From Chloroflexota bacterium (lineage in GTDB: Bacteria; Chloroflexota; Dehalococcoidia; UBA2979): DNA of 46,024 bases. The stretch is taken from NCBI GenBank assembly GCA_016866055.1, contig VGNK01000001.1:1-46024 (forward strand), in the 5' to 3' direction. Below are positions 1 through 8,056 of the stretch, piece by piece. Within the stretch, counting starts at the first letter, position 1. The number at the start of each line of letters is the position of its first letter. Under the pieces are notes generated by a model. That model was not told where the DNA came from, searched no databases, and saw nothing but the letters and a program-made list of their open reading frames with translations. Made by a program: the position numbers and the translations under genes.

Positions 1-337
1 CGGGCGCTGCGGCTGCCGTCGCGGGACCGGCGGCCGCGCCCGCCGCGGGTGCGGCCGCCGGGATGCCCGTGACCTTCGCGCGCGCCGCGGCCTTGTCCTG
101 GAACCAGAGTGCGTTGATCTCGGTGTACTGGCGCTGGTCCTCGGGGAGGCCGGCCTCCGGGAAGATCGCGCTCACCGGGCACGCCGGCTGGCAGGCGCCG
201 CAGTCGATGCACTCCACCGGGTCGATGTAGAGCATCCGGTCCTTGCCCTCGTCGAAGTGGATGCAGTCGACGGGGCAGACCTCGACGCACGACTGATCGG
301 TGGTGTCGATGCAGGGCTGGGTGATCACGAAGGTCAC
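1..337 (-). CDS. 7Fe-type ferredoxin (3Fe-4S + 4Fe-4S); 3' end runs off the window
   Basis: Not in the ORF track (no stop in window). Reverse strand from GTG 337-335, GGAAGG 9 nt upstream, reads VTFVITQPCIDTTDQSCVEVCPVDCIHFDEGKDRMLYIDPVECIDCGACQPACPVSAIFPE... Cys spacing C-x7-C-x3-CP plus C-x2-C-x2-C-x3-CP is typical of FdxA-like ferredoxins. Ala/Pro-rich tail continues past position 1. Confidence 0.85.
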   Translation of the reverse strand, partial: MTFVITQPCIDTTDQSCVEVCPVDCIHFDEGKDRMLYIDPVECIDCGACQPACPVSAIFPEAGLPEDQRQYTEINALWFQDKAAARAKVTGIPAAAPAAGAAAGPATAAAAP

Positions 338-402
338 GGTGCGGTGCCTTCCGCTGCGCAGGGTGACGTGCCGGCGGCCGGCCCCGAGGAGCCTAGCGCA
401 GG

Positions 403-1104
403 CTAGCGCGTGCCCCCGGGTGCGTCCACGCGCCGGGTACCCGGCGGCGCGTCGCGCAGCGCCGCCTCCACCGCGCCGGAGCCGAGCGCGCGCACGAGCG
501 CGCCGAGCTCGCCGAGGTCTGCAGGCAGCGCGGGCACCCGCAGCCGGTGCGCCCCCACGTGCTCGAGGTCGTGCGCGTCGCTCCCGAGCGTGAGCGGCTT
601 GCCGAGCAACATGCCCACCCCGGTGGCGAGCGCGTTCTCGCGCTCCGTGCAGGCCGCGTTCAGCGCCTCGATCGCGTCGACGCGCGCGAGCGCGCGATCG
701 TCCGCGAGCTGCTCGACCGTGAGCCCCGGGTCGAACGGCGGGCGCGCGCCGGCGTGGATGCGGTCGAAGTAGTGACGGAACGGGTGCGCCCAGATCGTCG
801 TCTGGCCGCGGCGTGCGGCGTGCTCGAGGAGCGCGTCGACGTCGCCGGGGAGCGCTTCGCCGTGATCGGCGCCGATCACGATGATGTGGCCGCGCGGCGT
901 CGTCACCTCGATCGCGGGGTAGAGCCGGACGCCCCAGCGTGTCTCGAAGCCGTCGCGCTCCCAGTCGCTCCAGACCCGGAAGTGCTCGGTGACGACGAGC
1001 CCGCCGGTGCCCATCTCGGCGGCGCGCTCGCCGAGCTGGTCGACGGTCACGCTCGAGTCGGCGGAGCCCGCCTTCGTGTGCAGGTGGATCTCCAGGAACG
1101 GCAC
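403..1104 (-). CDS. PHP-domain metal-dependent phosphoesterase
   Basis: Track ORF, GTG start. 'LEIHLHTKAGSADS' (HxH...D) near the N-terminus and 'GSDAH' near the C-terminus match PHP (polymerase/histidinol phosphatase) metal-ligand motifs. Lies 24 nt downstream of the hydratase gene on the same strand. Confidence 0.7.
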   Translation of the reverse strand: MPFLEIHLHTKAGSADSSVTVDQLGERAAEMGTGGLVVTEHFRVWSDWERDGFETRWGVRLYPAIEVTTPRGHIIVIGADHGEALPGDVDALLEHAARRGQTTIWAHPFRHYFDRIHAGARPPFDPGLTVEQLADDRALARVDAIEALNAACTERENALATGVGMLLGKPLTLGSDAHDLEHVGAHRLRVPALPADLGELGALVRALGSGAVEAALRDAPPGTRRVDAPGGTR

Positions 1105-1128
1105 GCGCGGCGCTGCGTGTCCCGGTCG

Positions 1129-1923
1129 CTAGCGGCCGGTGAAGTTCGGTGGGCGCTTCTCGGCGAAGGCGCGCGGGCCCTCCTTCGCGTCCTCGGTCGC
1201 GCGCAGCCGCGCGCTGATCGCCTCCTCGAACCGCAGCCCGTCGCCGAGCGGCAGGTACTGCGCGCGCACGGAGAGCTCTTTGATCGCGCGCACCGCGAGC
1301 GGCGCCATCCCGCGCAGCTCGCGCGCGCGCTCCTGCGCGACCGCGAGCACCCGGTCGTGCGGGACGACCTCGTTGATCAGCCCGAAATGCGCCGCGCGCT
1401 CGGCCGTCAGCCGCCGCCCGAGCAGCAGCACCTCCATCGCGATCGGGTAGGGGAGCTGGCGGATCGTGCGCTGCGTGCCGCCGTTGCCGGGGAGGATGCC
1501 GCGCTTCACCTCGGAGAGGTCGAACGAGGCGTGCTCGGAGGCGATGCGGATGTCGGTCGCGAGCAGGAGCGTCATCCCGCCGGCGAGGCAGAGCCCGTTC
1601 ACCGCGGCGACGACCGGCTTCCAGACCTCGAGGCCGCGGTTGAGGATCTGCTCGGACTGCGTCTGCCAGAAGCGGTACGCCTCGCCCTGCGCGGGAATCG
1701 TGAGCTTGAGGTCGGCGCCGGCAGAGAAGACCTGCCGCTCCGGGGGGCGGTCGGGCTGCGGGGCGCCCGTGACGACGGCGACCCAGACGTCAGGGTTGTC
1801 GCGCACCTCGACCCAGCACTCGGAGAGGCGCTGGTACATCTCCGGGGTCATCGCGTTCAGCGCCTCGGGGCGGTTGAGCGTGATCGTGGCGACCTTGTCC
1901 TGGACGTCGAACTCGATGGTCAT
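1129..1923 (-). CDS. enoyl-CoA hydratase/isomerase (crotonase fold)
   Basis: ATG with GGAGGAAG Shine-Dalgarno. Motifs 'ATITLNRPEALNAM', 'FSAGADL', 'AAVNGLCLAGG'. 264 aa. Confidence 0.9.
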   Translation of the reverse strand: MTIEFDVQDKVATITLNRPEALNAMTPEMYQRLSECWVEVRDNPDVWVAVVTGAPQPDRPPERQVFSAGADLKLTIPAQGEAYRFWQTQSEQILNRGLEVWKPVVAAVNGLCLAGGMTLLLATDIRIASEHASFDLSEVKRGILPGNGGTQRTIRQLPYPIAMEVLLLGRRLTAERAAHFGLINEVVPHDRVLAVAQERARELRGMAPLAVRAIKELSVRAQYLPLGDGLRFEEAISARLRATEDAKEGPRAFAEKRPPNFTGR

Positions 1924-2116
1924 GGCTTCCTCCGCCGTTCGCGCTGAGCCCCGTCGAAGCGCGTTGCTCGGTTCGTGCCTCGCTCCGCTTCGTGTGCGGG
2001 GGCGCGCCTGAGACCCGCGTGCCGGCTCAGCCCGCTCACGCGGGCCGCTCGCCGTCGCACCCCGCGCCGCTGAGGCGGGCCGCGGGCCGCCGGAGCGCGC
2101 GACCCCGGGCCCGCCG

Positions 2117-3283
2117 CTAGCTCCCGCTCCGCACGTTGAGGATGTCGCGCGCCATCACGATGCGCTGCACCTCCGAGGGGCCCTCGCCGATGCGGCGGAT
2201 GCGCAGCTCGCGGTACCACCGCTCGAGCGGGAGGTCCTTGCTCATCCCCAGCCCGCCGAAGATCTGCATGCAACGGTCGACCACGCGACCCGCGCCCTCC
2301 GTGCACAGCAGCTTCGCCATCGACGACTCGAACCGAAACGGCCGGTGGCGCTCCGCGAGGTCCGCCGCCGCGAGCGCCGCCCAGCGCCCGGTGCGGATGT
2401 CGATCTCGTTGTCGACGAGCATCCACTGGATCGCCTGCCGGTTCGCGAGCGGCTCCCCGAACGTCACCCGCTGCTTCGCCCACTCCACCGCCATCTCGTG
2501 CGCGTACACCGCGACCCCGAGGCATGCCGCCGAGTAGGGGATGCGGTTTGCCGAGAGGTAGTCGTTCGCGAGCGCGAAGCCCCCGCCCTCCTCGCCGAGG
2601 ATGTTCTCGTGGGGCACGTGCATGTCGGTGAACGAGAGCTCCGTCGTGTAGTGCGCGCGCAACACCTGCACGAGCCGCTCGACGCGGAAGCCCGGCGTGT
2701 CGGTGTCGACGATGAACGCCGTGATCCCCTGGCGGCCCTTCGTGGGGTCGGTGCGCACGTAGACGACGCCGTAGTCGGCGGTGTCGGCGCCGGAGTTCCA
2801 GAGCTTGCGGCCGTTGATCACCCATTCGTCGCCGTCGCGTATGGCGCGCGTCTGGATCGCGCGCGCGGGGTCCGACCCGCCGCTCGGCTCGGAGAGCCCG
2901 AAGAAGCCGTGCTTCTCCCCGCGGATCGACGGCCAGAGGTAGCGCTCCTTCTGCACCTCGGTGCCCGCGTACAACTGCGCCGGCGGCCCCGACCCGAACA
3001 CGCCGTACGCCGGCGCGTAGAGCCCCGCGCGGTGCTGCGAGAGCTCCTCGGCGATCAGCGTGCGCGTGACCGCGTCGACGCCGGGCCCGCCGTACTCGAC
3101 GGGCACGTCCATCTGGTAGAGCCCCATCTCCTTCACCATCGCGACGAGCCGCTCGCGATCGCGCGCCTGCAGCTGGTACGCGTCGGGGTCGAGGCCCGCC
3201 TCGAGCGGCCGGATCTCCTCGCGGATGAAGCGCCGCACGCCCTGGATGATCAGCCGCTGCTCATCGCTCAGCTCAAAGTCCAC
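2117..3283 (-). CDS. acyl-CoA dehydrogenase
   Basis: GTG start with GAGGAAG SD. 'MDFELSDEQ', 'YGGPG', 'GLSEPSGGSD', 'WNSGA', C-terminal 'RIGEGPSEVQR' (Glu at the MCAD-type catalytic position). 388 aa. Confidence 0.9.
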   Translation of the reverse strand: MDFELSDEQRLIIQGVRRFIREEIRPLEAGLDPDAYQLQARDRERLVAMVKEMGLYQMDVPVEYGGPGVDAVTRTLIAEELSQHRAGLYAPAYGVFGSGPPAQLYAGTEVQKERYLWPSIRGEKHGFFGLSEPSGGSDPARAIQTRAIRDGDEWVINGRKLWNSGADTADYGVVYVRTDPTKGRQGITAFIVDTDTPGFRVERLVQVLRAHYTTELSFTDMHVPHENILGEEGGGFALANDYLSANRIPYSAACLGVAVYAHEMAVEWAKQRVTFGEPLANRQAIQWMLVDNEIDIRTGRWAALAAADLAERHRPFRFESSMAKLLCTEGAGRVVDRCMQIFGGLGMSKDLPLERWYRELRIRRIGEGPSEVQRIVMARDILNVRSGS

Positions 3284-3701
3284 TCGTCGCTTCCTCGCTC
3301 TTCCAGTGGTAGCGGCCGAGCCGCGGCCGCGGCTCCGGGTCCTCGAGGTTCGCGGGCGGGAGCGTCCCGCGATCCTCCTGGTGCCGCGTGAGCAGCTCCA
3401 CCCACCGGCTGTAGTACATGTGGTTGACCTCGAACCGGTAGTAGCGCGCGCGACCGGCGATCGACGGCAGGTCGGGCTCGCCCATGCGCGGGTGCGTCCA
3501 GTTCTCGCGCGCGAGCCGTTCCGGCGTGCTGAAGTGCCGGAAGAGCTCGCCGCGCAGCCCGAACGGCGAGCGCGCGCCCGCCTTGCCGATGTAGATCACG
3601 CGCTGCTCGGCGTCGGCGAGCTCGTAGACCCCCATCGCGCCGGGCAGCCCCTTCGTCGGCGCGGCGTCGTCCCACTCGAGCCACGGCTTGCGGATCGGCA
3701 C
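3273..3701 (-). CDS. stand-alone GIY-YIG-fold protein (142 aa)
   Basis: GTG start with GGAGGG 7 nt upstream. GC3-saturated codons. 'GVYELADAEQRVIYIGKA', 'LRGELFRHF', 'WVELLTRH', 'LPPAN' match GIY-YIG motif order and spacing. 3-nt gap to the DUF35 stop, 11-nt overlap with the ACAD start. Confidence 0.65.
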   Translation of the reverse strand: MPIRKPWLEWDDAAPTKGLPGAMGVYELADAEQRVIYIGKAGARSPFGLRGELFRHFSTPERLARENWTHPRMGEPDLPSIAGRARYYRFEVNHMYYSRWVELLTRHQEDRGTLPPANLEDPEPRPRLGRYHWKSEEATSGL

Positions 3702-3704
3702 CGG

Positions 3705-4142
3705 CTAGCCCTCCTCGGGCGCGAAGAAGAGCGCCGCGCGGTCCTCGGTCACGCGCTCGATGCGCGGGCGCACGCGCATCCCGATCGAGATGCTCGCAGG
3801 CTGCTCGAACATCGCGCCGAGCATGCGCGGCCCCTCGTCGAGCTGCACGGTGGCGACCACGTACGGGAGGTGCTCACCGAACGCGGGGTGGTAGCGCTGG
3901 TGCACGACGATGAACGAGTAGACCTCGCCGTGCCCGCGCACGGCCTCCCACGCGAGCTCCGTGCCCGGGCAGTGGTAGCAGAACGACTCCGGCGGGTACT
4001 GATACGCGCCGCAGCGGCGGCAGCGCTGCAGCCGCACCTCGCCCGCTGCGAGCCCCTCCCAGTACGCCCGGTTGAGGTCGGTGAGCTCGGGCAGCAGCGG
4101 CTCGAACTCCGGCATCGTGACCGCCGGCGTGCGCGCCGCCAT
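3705..4142 (-). CDS. DUF35-type Zn-ribbon/OB-fold protein (BbsA / ChsH2-DUF35-like)
   Basis: ATG at 4142 overlaps the thiolase-like stop (TGATG). 'CRRCGAYQYPPESFCYHC' Zn ribbon followed by 'GEVYSFIVVH...VVATVQLDEGPRM'. The 558-aa track ORF reaching 5381 is out of frame over the thiolase gene, so only the last 145 codons are called. Confidence 0.85.
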   Translation of the reverse strand: MAARTPAVTMPEFEPLLPELTDLNRAYWEGLAAGEVRLQRCRRCGAYQYPPESFCYHCPGTELAWEAVRGHGEVYSFIVVHQRYHPAFGEHLPYVVATVQLDEGPRMLGAMFEQPASISIGMRVRPRIERVTEDRAALFFAPEEG

Positions 4143-5293
4143 CACGCGCCGCCCGTCGAGAGGATCATCGTCGCGTGCGTCGTCATGATCCCGCCCTGCT
4201 GGCTGACGAGCCCCACCTCGGCGCCGGCGACCTGCCGCGGGCCGCACTCGCCGCGCAGCTGGCGCACCGCCTCGACCACGAGCTGCGTTCCCGGCATTCC
4301 CGTCTCCGAGAGCAGCCCTCCGGAAGTGTTGCACGGCAGCTCGCCGCCGACCTGGGTGCGGCTGCCCTCGTAGAACGCGCCGCCCTCGCCCTTCGCGCAG
4401 AAGCCGTACTCCTCGAGCGTGATCAGCGGGACGATCGTGAAGCAGTCGTAGATCTCGCAGAAGTCGATTTCCGTCGGCCCGAGCCCCGCGGAGCGGAACG
4501 CGACCTCGCCGGAGACCTTCGCGCCACTCGTCGCGAGCTCGCCGCGCCGGTAGAAGTCCCACGCCGGGTGGCCCTGCCCGAGCCCCTCGATGTACACCGG
4601 CGCCGTTCGCAGCGACCTTGCGCGCGCCTCGGTCGTCACCACATACGCGGCGCCGCCGTCGGAGACCGGGCAGCAGTCGAGCAGGTGGAACGGCTCCGCG
4701 ACCCAGCGCGAGTGCGCGTAGTCCTCCATCGTGATCGAGTCCTGGTACTGCGCGTTCGGGTTCATGCTCGCGTGGTGGCGATGGGTGATCGCGACGTTGC
4801 CGAGCTGCTCGTGCGTGGTCCCGTACTCGTGCATGTGGCGGCGCGCGATCATCGCGTACGACGACGGCGCGCCGAAGAGCCCGGCGAGCGCGTCGTCGCC
4901 GCGCGGCCGCGCGTAGCTCGCGCGGGTCCCGGTGCGCGGGTTGTCGCCGTACGAGATCGCGATCATCTCGGCCTGGCCGAGTTCGATCGCGCTGATCGCG
5001 TACTGGATGAGCCCGATGTTCGAGGCGCCGGCCTGGTCGAGCGTACCGGTCACGCGCGGCACCACGCGCAGCGCCTCCGCAACGCGCGGCGCCCAGAGCA
5101 TCGGGAAGGTCGAGGTCGGCGCCTTCGTGAGCACGCCGTCGAGGTCGCTCGCCTCGAGCCCGGCGTCCTCCAGCGCCCCGCGGATCGCGAGCACGTTGTG
5201 CGCGAGCTGCGAGACGCCGGGGTTCATCCCGTACGCGGTGTTCCCGACGCCCACGATGCAGTAGCGCTGGCTGAGATCCTTCAGCCGGACCAT
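4142..5293 (-). CDS. thiolase-fold (SCP-x / Ltp-like) protein, apparently lacking the nucleophilic Cys
   Basis: ATG with GGGGAGGGG SD. 'IVGVGNTAYG', 'HLLDCCPVSDGGAAYV', 'CNTSGGLLS' are thiolase-fold blocks. The block that normally reads x-a-C-a-S-G reads 'QAGASN'. Confidence 0.85.
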   Translation of the reverse strand: MVRLKDLSQRYCIVGVGNTAYGMNPGVSQLAHNVLAIRGALEDAGLEASDLDGVLTKAPTSTFPMLWAPRVAEALRVVPRVTGTLDQAGASNIGLIQYAISAIELGQAEMIAISYGDNPRTGTRASYARPRGDDALAGLFGAPSSYAMIARRHMHEYGTTHEQLGNVAITHRHHASMNPNAQYQDSITMEDYAHSRWVAEPFHLLDCCPVSDGGAAYVVTTEARARSLRTAPVYIEGLGQGHPAWDFYRRGELATSGAKVSGEVAFRSAGLGPTEIDFCEIYDCFTIVPLITLEEYGFCAKGEGGAFYEGSRTQVGGELPCNTSGGLLSETGMPGTQLVVEAVRQLRGECGPRQVAGAEVGLVSQQGGIMTTHATMILSTGGA

Positions 5294-5333
5294 CGGCGAA
5301 CCCCTCCCCGCCGCCGGGCGCGGCCCCGGCTCT

Positions 5334-5339
5334 TATACT
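5334..5339 (+). promoter_or_regulatory. candidate -10 element TATACT in a divergent promoter region
   Basis: Only AT-rich hexamer in the 102-nt spacer between divergent genes. The context 'cTTATACTCCGGCG' closely matches the one at 43811-43825 (minus strand). No good -35. Confidence 0.25.
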
Positions 5340-5395
5340 CCGGCGCGGCGCGCGGGTGCCAGACGCGCGCGGCCCGATCACGGTGACGGGGCGGT

Positions 5396-6595
5396 GTGAC
5401 GATGGCCGGCGCGCTCGACGGGATCCGCGTCCTCGACCTCGCGCAGGGAAGCTTCGGCTACGCCGGGCGACTGCTCGCGGGCTTCGGCGCGGACGTGATC
5501 AAGGTCGAGCCCCGGGGCGGCGACCCGCTGCGCGCCTGGCCGCCGTTCGCGGCCGATCACCCAGACCCCGAGCGCGGCGCGCGACACCTCCACCTCGACG
5601 GCGCGAAGCGCAGCATGGTCGTCGACCTCGACGCGCGCGAGGGGCAGGCGCTGCTGCGCCGCCTCGTGCGCGAGGCGGACGCCCTCGTCGAGAGCTTCAC
5701 CCCGGGCCACCTCGCCGCGCGCGGGCTCGACTACGACCGCCTCGTCGAATCGCGGCCCGACCTCGTGATGGTCTCGATCACGCACTTCGGGCAGGACGGC
5801 CCGTACGCGCAGTACGCGGGCGGCGAGATCGTCGACGCCGCGCTCGGCGGCTACCTCTACCTCACCGGCGACCCCGACCGCGAGCCGGTGAAGCCGTACG
5901 ACGACCTCGTGCTTCAGCACGCCGCGGTGCACGGGGCGGTCGCGGTGATGGCCGGGATCACGCACCGCGAGCTGATCGGCGAGGGCGACCACTTCGACGT
6001 CGCCGCGAGCGAGGCCGCGCTCTTCCTGCTCGGCGGGATGGCGCAGACCTACCACTTCGACGGGCGCGTCTCGAAGCGCGTCGGCGCGCGGCTCACCTAC
6101 GCGAACCCGCTCTACCCCTACCCGTCGACGATCCGGCCATGCAGGGGCGGCTACGTGCACGCCCACTCGAACAACCGCCACATCGACCTGCTCGCCGCGC
6201 TCATGCAGGGCGTGGGGATGGAGGCGCTGCTCGACCGCCCGATGGGGAACGCGGACGCCATCGACGAGGCGATGGACCGCTGGATGGCCGAGAAGGACAA
6301 GTTCGAGGTGGTGCGCCTTGCGCAGGAGATGCGGCTGCCGTTCACCGAAGTGCTCACGCCGGATGAGGTGATCCGCGACCCGCACCTCGAGGCGCGCGGC
6401 TTCTTCGTCGAGCTCGAGCACCCGGCGGCGCCGGGCGTGCGGCAGCCCGGCGCGGCCGCGATGCTCACGGGCACGCCCTGGCGCGTCGCGCGCGCGCCGG
6501 TGCTCGCTGAGCACACCGACGAGGTGCTCGGCGACGTGCTTGGGCTCGACCGCGCGGCGATCGACGCGCTGCGCCGCGACGGGGTGATTGCGTGA
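5396..6595 (+). CDS. family III CoA-transferase (CaiB/BaiF/Frc type), A-type of a tandem pair
   Basis: 'GIRVLDLAQGSFGYAGRLLAGFGADVIKVEP', 'FGQDGPY', 'LTGDPDREP'. 399 aa. The start could be GTG 5396 or ATG 5402. Confidence 0.9.
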   Translation: MTMAGALDGIRVLDLAQGSFGYAGRLLAGFGADVIKVEPRGGDPLRAWPPFAADHPDPERGARHLHLDGAKRSMVVDLDAREGQALLRRLVREADALVESFTPGHLAARGLDYDRLVESRPDLVMVSITHFGQDGPYAQYAGGEIVDAALGGYLYLTGDPDREPVKPYDDLVLQHAAVHGAVAVMAGITHRELIGEGDHFDVAASEAALFLLGGMAQTYHFDGRVSKRVGARLTYANPLYPYPSTIRPCRGGYVHAHSNNRHIDLLAALMQGVGMEALLDRPMGNADAIDEAMDRWMAEKDKFEVVRLAQEMRLPFTEVLTPDEVIRDPHLEARGFFVELEHPAAPGVRQPGAAAMLTGTPWRVARAPVLAEHTDEVLGDVLGLDRAAIDALRRDGVIA

Positions 6596-7836
6596 CGCGC
6601 CCGCTCACCGGCGTGCGCGTGCTCGAGCTGACCACCGCGGTGGCGGGGCCGATCGCCGGCTGTGCGCTCGCCGACCTCGGCGCCGAGGTGATCAAGATCG
6701 AGTCGCCGGCAGCGCGCACCACCGCCGGCGCGGCGGCGCCGCCACCGCGCGAGGGCGCGCCGGACCGCCCGTGGAACCGCACGCCGGTGTTCAACGACCT
6801 GCACCGCGGGAAGCGGCTGCTCAACATGGACCTCGCGCACCGCGAGGGGCGCGCGCTCTTCCTGCGGCTCGTCGCGCAGAGCGACGTCGTCGTCGAGAAC
6901 TTCTCGCCGCGCGTGCTCGCCAACCTCGGGATCGACTACCCGCAGCTGCGCGAGGCGCGCGGCGACGTGATCCTCGTCTCGATGCCGGCGTTCGGGAAGA
7001 GCGGCCCGTACGCGCTGCGCGGCTCGTACGGGCCCGGCATCGACGCGATGAGCGGGCTCTCGCACCTCACCGGGTACCCCGACCGCGGGCCGGGGAAGCC
7101 CGCGCAGTTCTACTGCGACTTCCACGCGGGGCTCACCGCGGCGTTCGCGACGATGGCCGCGCTGCGCCACCGCCGGCGCACCGGCGAGGGGCAGTACATC
7201 GAGCTCTCGATGCTCGAGGGCGAGCTGCAGCTGCTCGCGCCGGCGCTGATGGACGTGACGATGAACGGCCGCTCGGCGACGCGCATCGGCAACCGCCACG
7301 CGTGGCGCGCGCCGCAGGGGGTGTACGCGTGCGCGGGTGACGACCGCTGGGTCGCGATCACGGTGACGACCGACGCGCAGTGGGCCGCGCTCGCGCGCGC
7401 GCTCGGCCACCCCGAGATCGCCGAGGATGCGCGCTACGCGACCCACGTCGCGCGCATGCAGCGCCACGACGAGATCGACGCGCTGATCGCGGCGTGGACG
7501 CGCGGGCGCGGTCATGTCGAGGCGATGCACGCGCTGCAGGCGGCCGGGGTGCCGGCGGGCGCGCTGCTCGACGTCGCCGAGCTGCACCGCGACCCGCAGC
7601 TGCTGCACCGCGAGGCGTTCTCGTGGCAGGAGCACGCCGAGATGGGCGCGTTCCCGCACAGCCGGCTCGCCTGGCGCTCGCGCCGCGGCCACCACGGCGT
7701 GAGCGGCCCGGCGCCGCTCTACGGCGAGGCGAACGCCTACGCGATCCGGGAGCTGCTCGGCGAGTCGGCCGAGCGCGTCGAGGCGCTGCGCGAGGACGGC
7801 GTGATCGCGGACGAGCCGCGGGGCGGGCGGCACTAG
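6592..7836 (+). CDS. family III CoA-transferase, B-type of a tandem pair
   Basis: GTG start overlaps the upstream stop (GTGA). 'GVRVLELTTAVAGPIAGCALADLGAEVIKIESP', an insertion containing 'RPWNR', 'FGKSGPY'. 414 aa. Confidence 0.9.
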   Translation: MTRPLTGVRVLELTTAVAGPIAGCALADLGAEVIKIESPAARTTAGAAAPPPREGAPDRPWNRTPVFNDLHRGKRLLNMDLAHREGRALFLRLVAQSDVVVENFSPRVLANLGIDYPQLREARGDVILVSMPAFGKSGPYALRGSYGPGIDAMSGLSHLTGYPDRGPGKPAQFYCDFHAGLTAAFATMAALRHRRRTGEGQYIELSMLEGELQLLAPALMDVTMNGRSATRIGNRHAWRAPQGVYACAGDDRWVAITVTTDAQWAALARALGHPEIAEDARYATHVARMQRHDEIDALIAAWTRGRGHVEAMHALQAAGVPAGALLDVAELHRDPQLLHREAFSWQEHAEMGAFPHSRLAWRSRRGHHGVSGPAPLYGEANAYAIRELLGESAERVEALREDGVIADEPRGGRH

Positions 7837-7963
7837 CAGGCGGCACGGCGCCTGGCTCGCGACGGAAGCGCCAGCCGAGCCGGCGGCGGCGCTCCTCGCT
7901 CGCTTCGCTGGCCCCGCATCCATCTCTCATGTAATTGACTCTCGAGGTGCGCGGGGCTAGAAC

Positions 7964-7986
7964 GGGCGCCCACCGGGTGGGCGCCC
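7964..7986. terminator. perfect 10-bp GC hairpin (GGGCGCCCAC-cgg-GTGGGCGCCC), no T tract
   Basis: Read directly from the sequence. Lies 128 nt downstream of the CoA-transferase stop. Its function as a terminator is inferred only. Confidence 0.3.
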
Positions 7987-8056
7987 ATCCCTCGACGGCC
8001 GCGCTACCGGGGGGCCACCGGCACCGAGAGGTCGCGAGGCGTCCCGTGCTGACGGC

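Noticed and set aside
547-1947. 466-aa plus-strand ORF, and similar long ORFs at 6151-7923, 15113-16576, 15631-16938, 16734-18167, 23122-24447, 34264-35271, 35324-37000, 37655-39400, 39454-40872 and 42465-44042
   Set aside because: All are antisense or out of frame to genes with clear family motifs, have Arg/Ala/Pro/Gly-dominated composition and lack plausible SD sequences.
3268-3684. 138-aa ORF in an alternative minus-strand frame over the GIY-YIG-like gene
   Set aside because: Arg/Ala-rich shadow frame. The 3273-3701 frame has the motifs, the SD and the GC3 bias.
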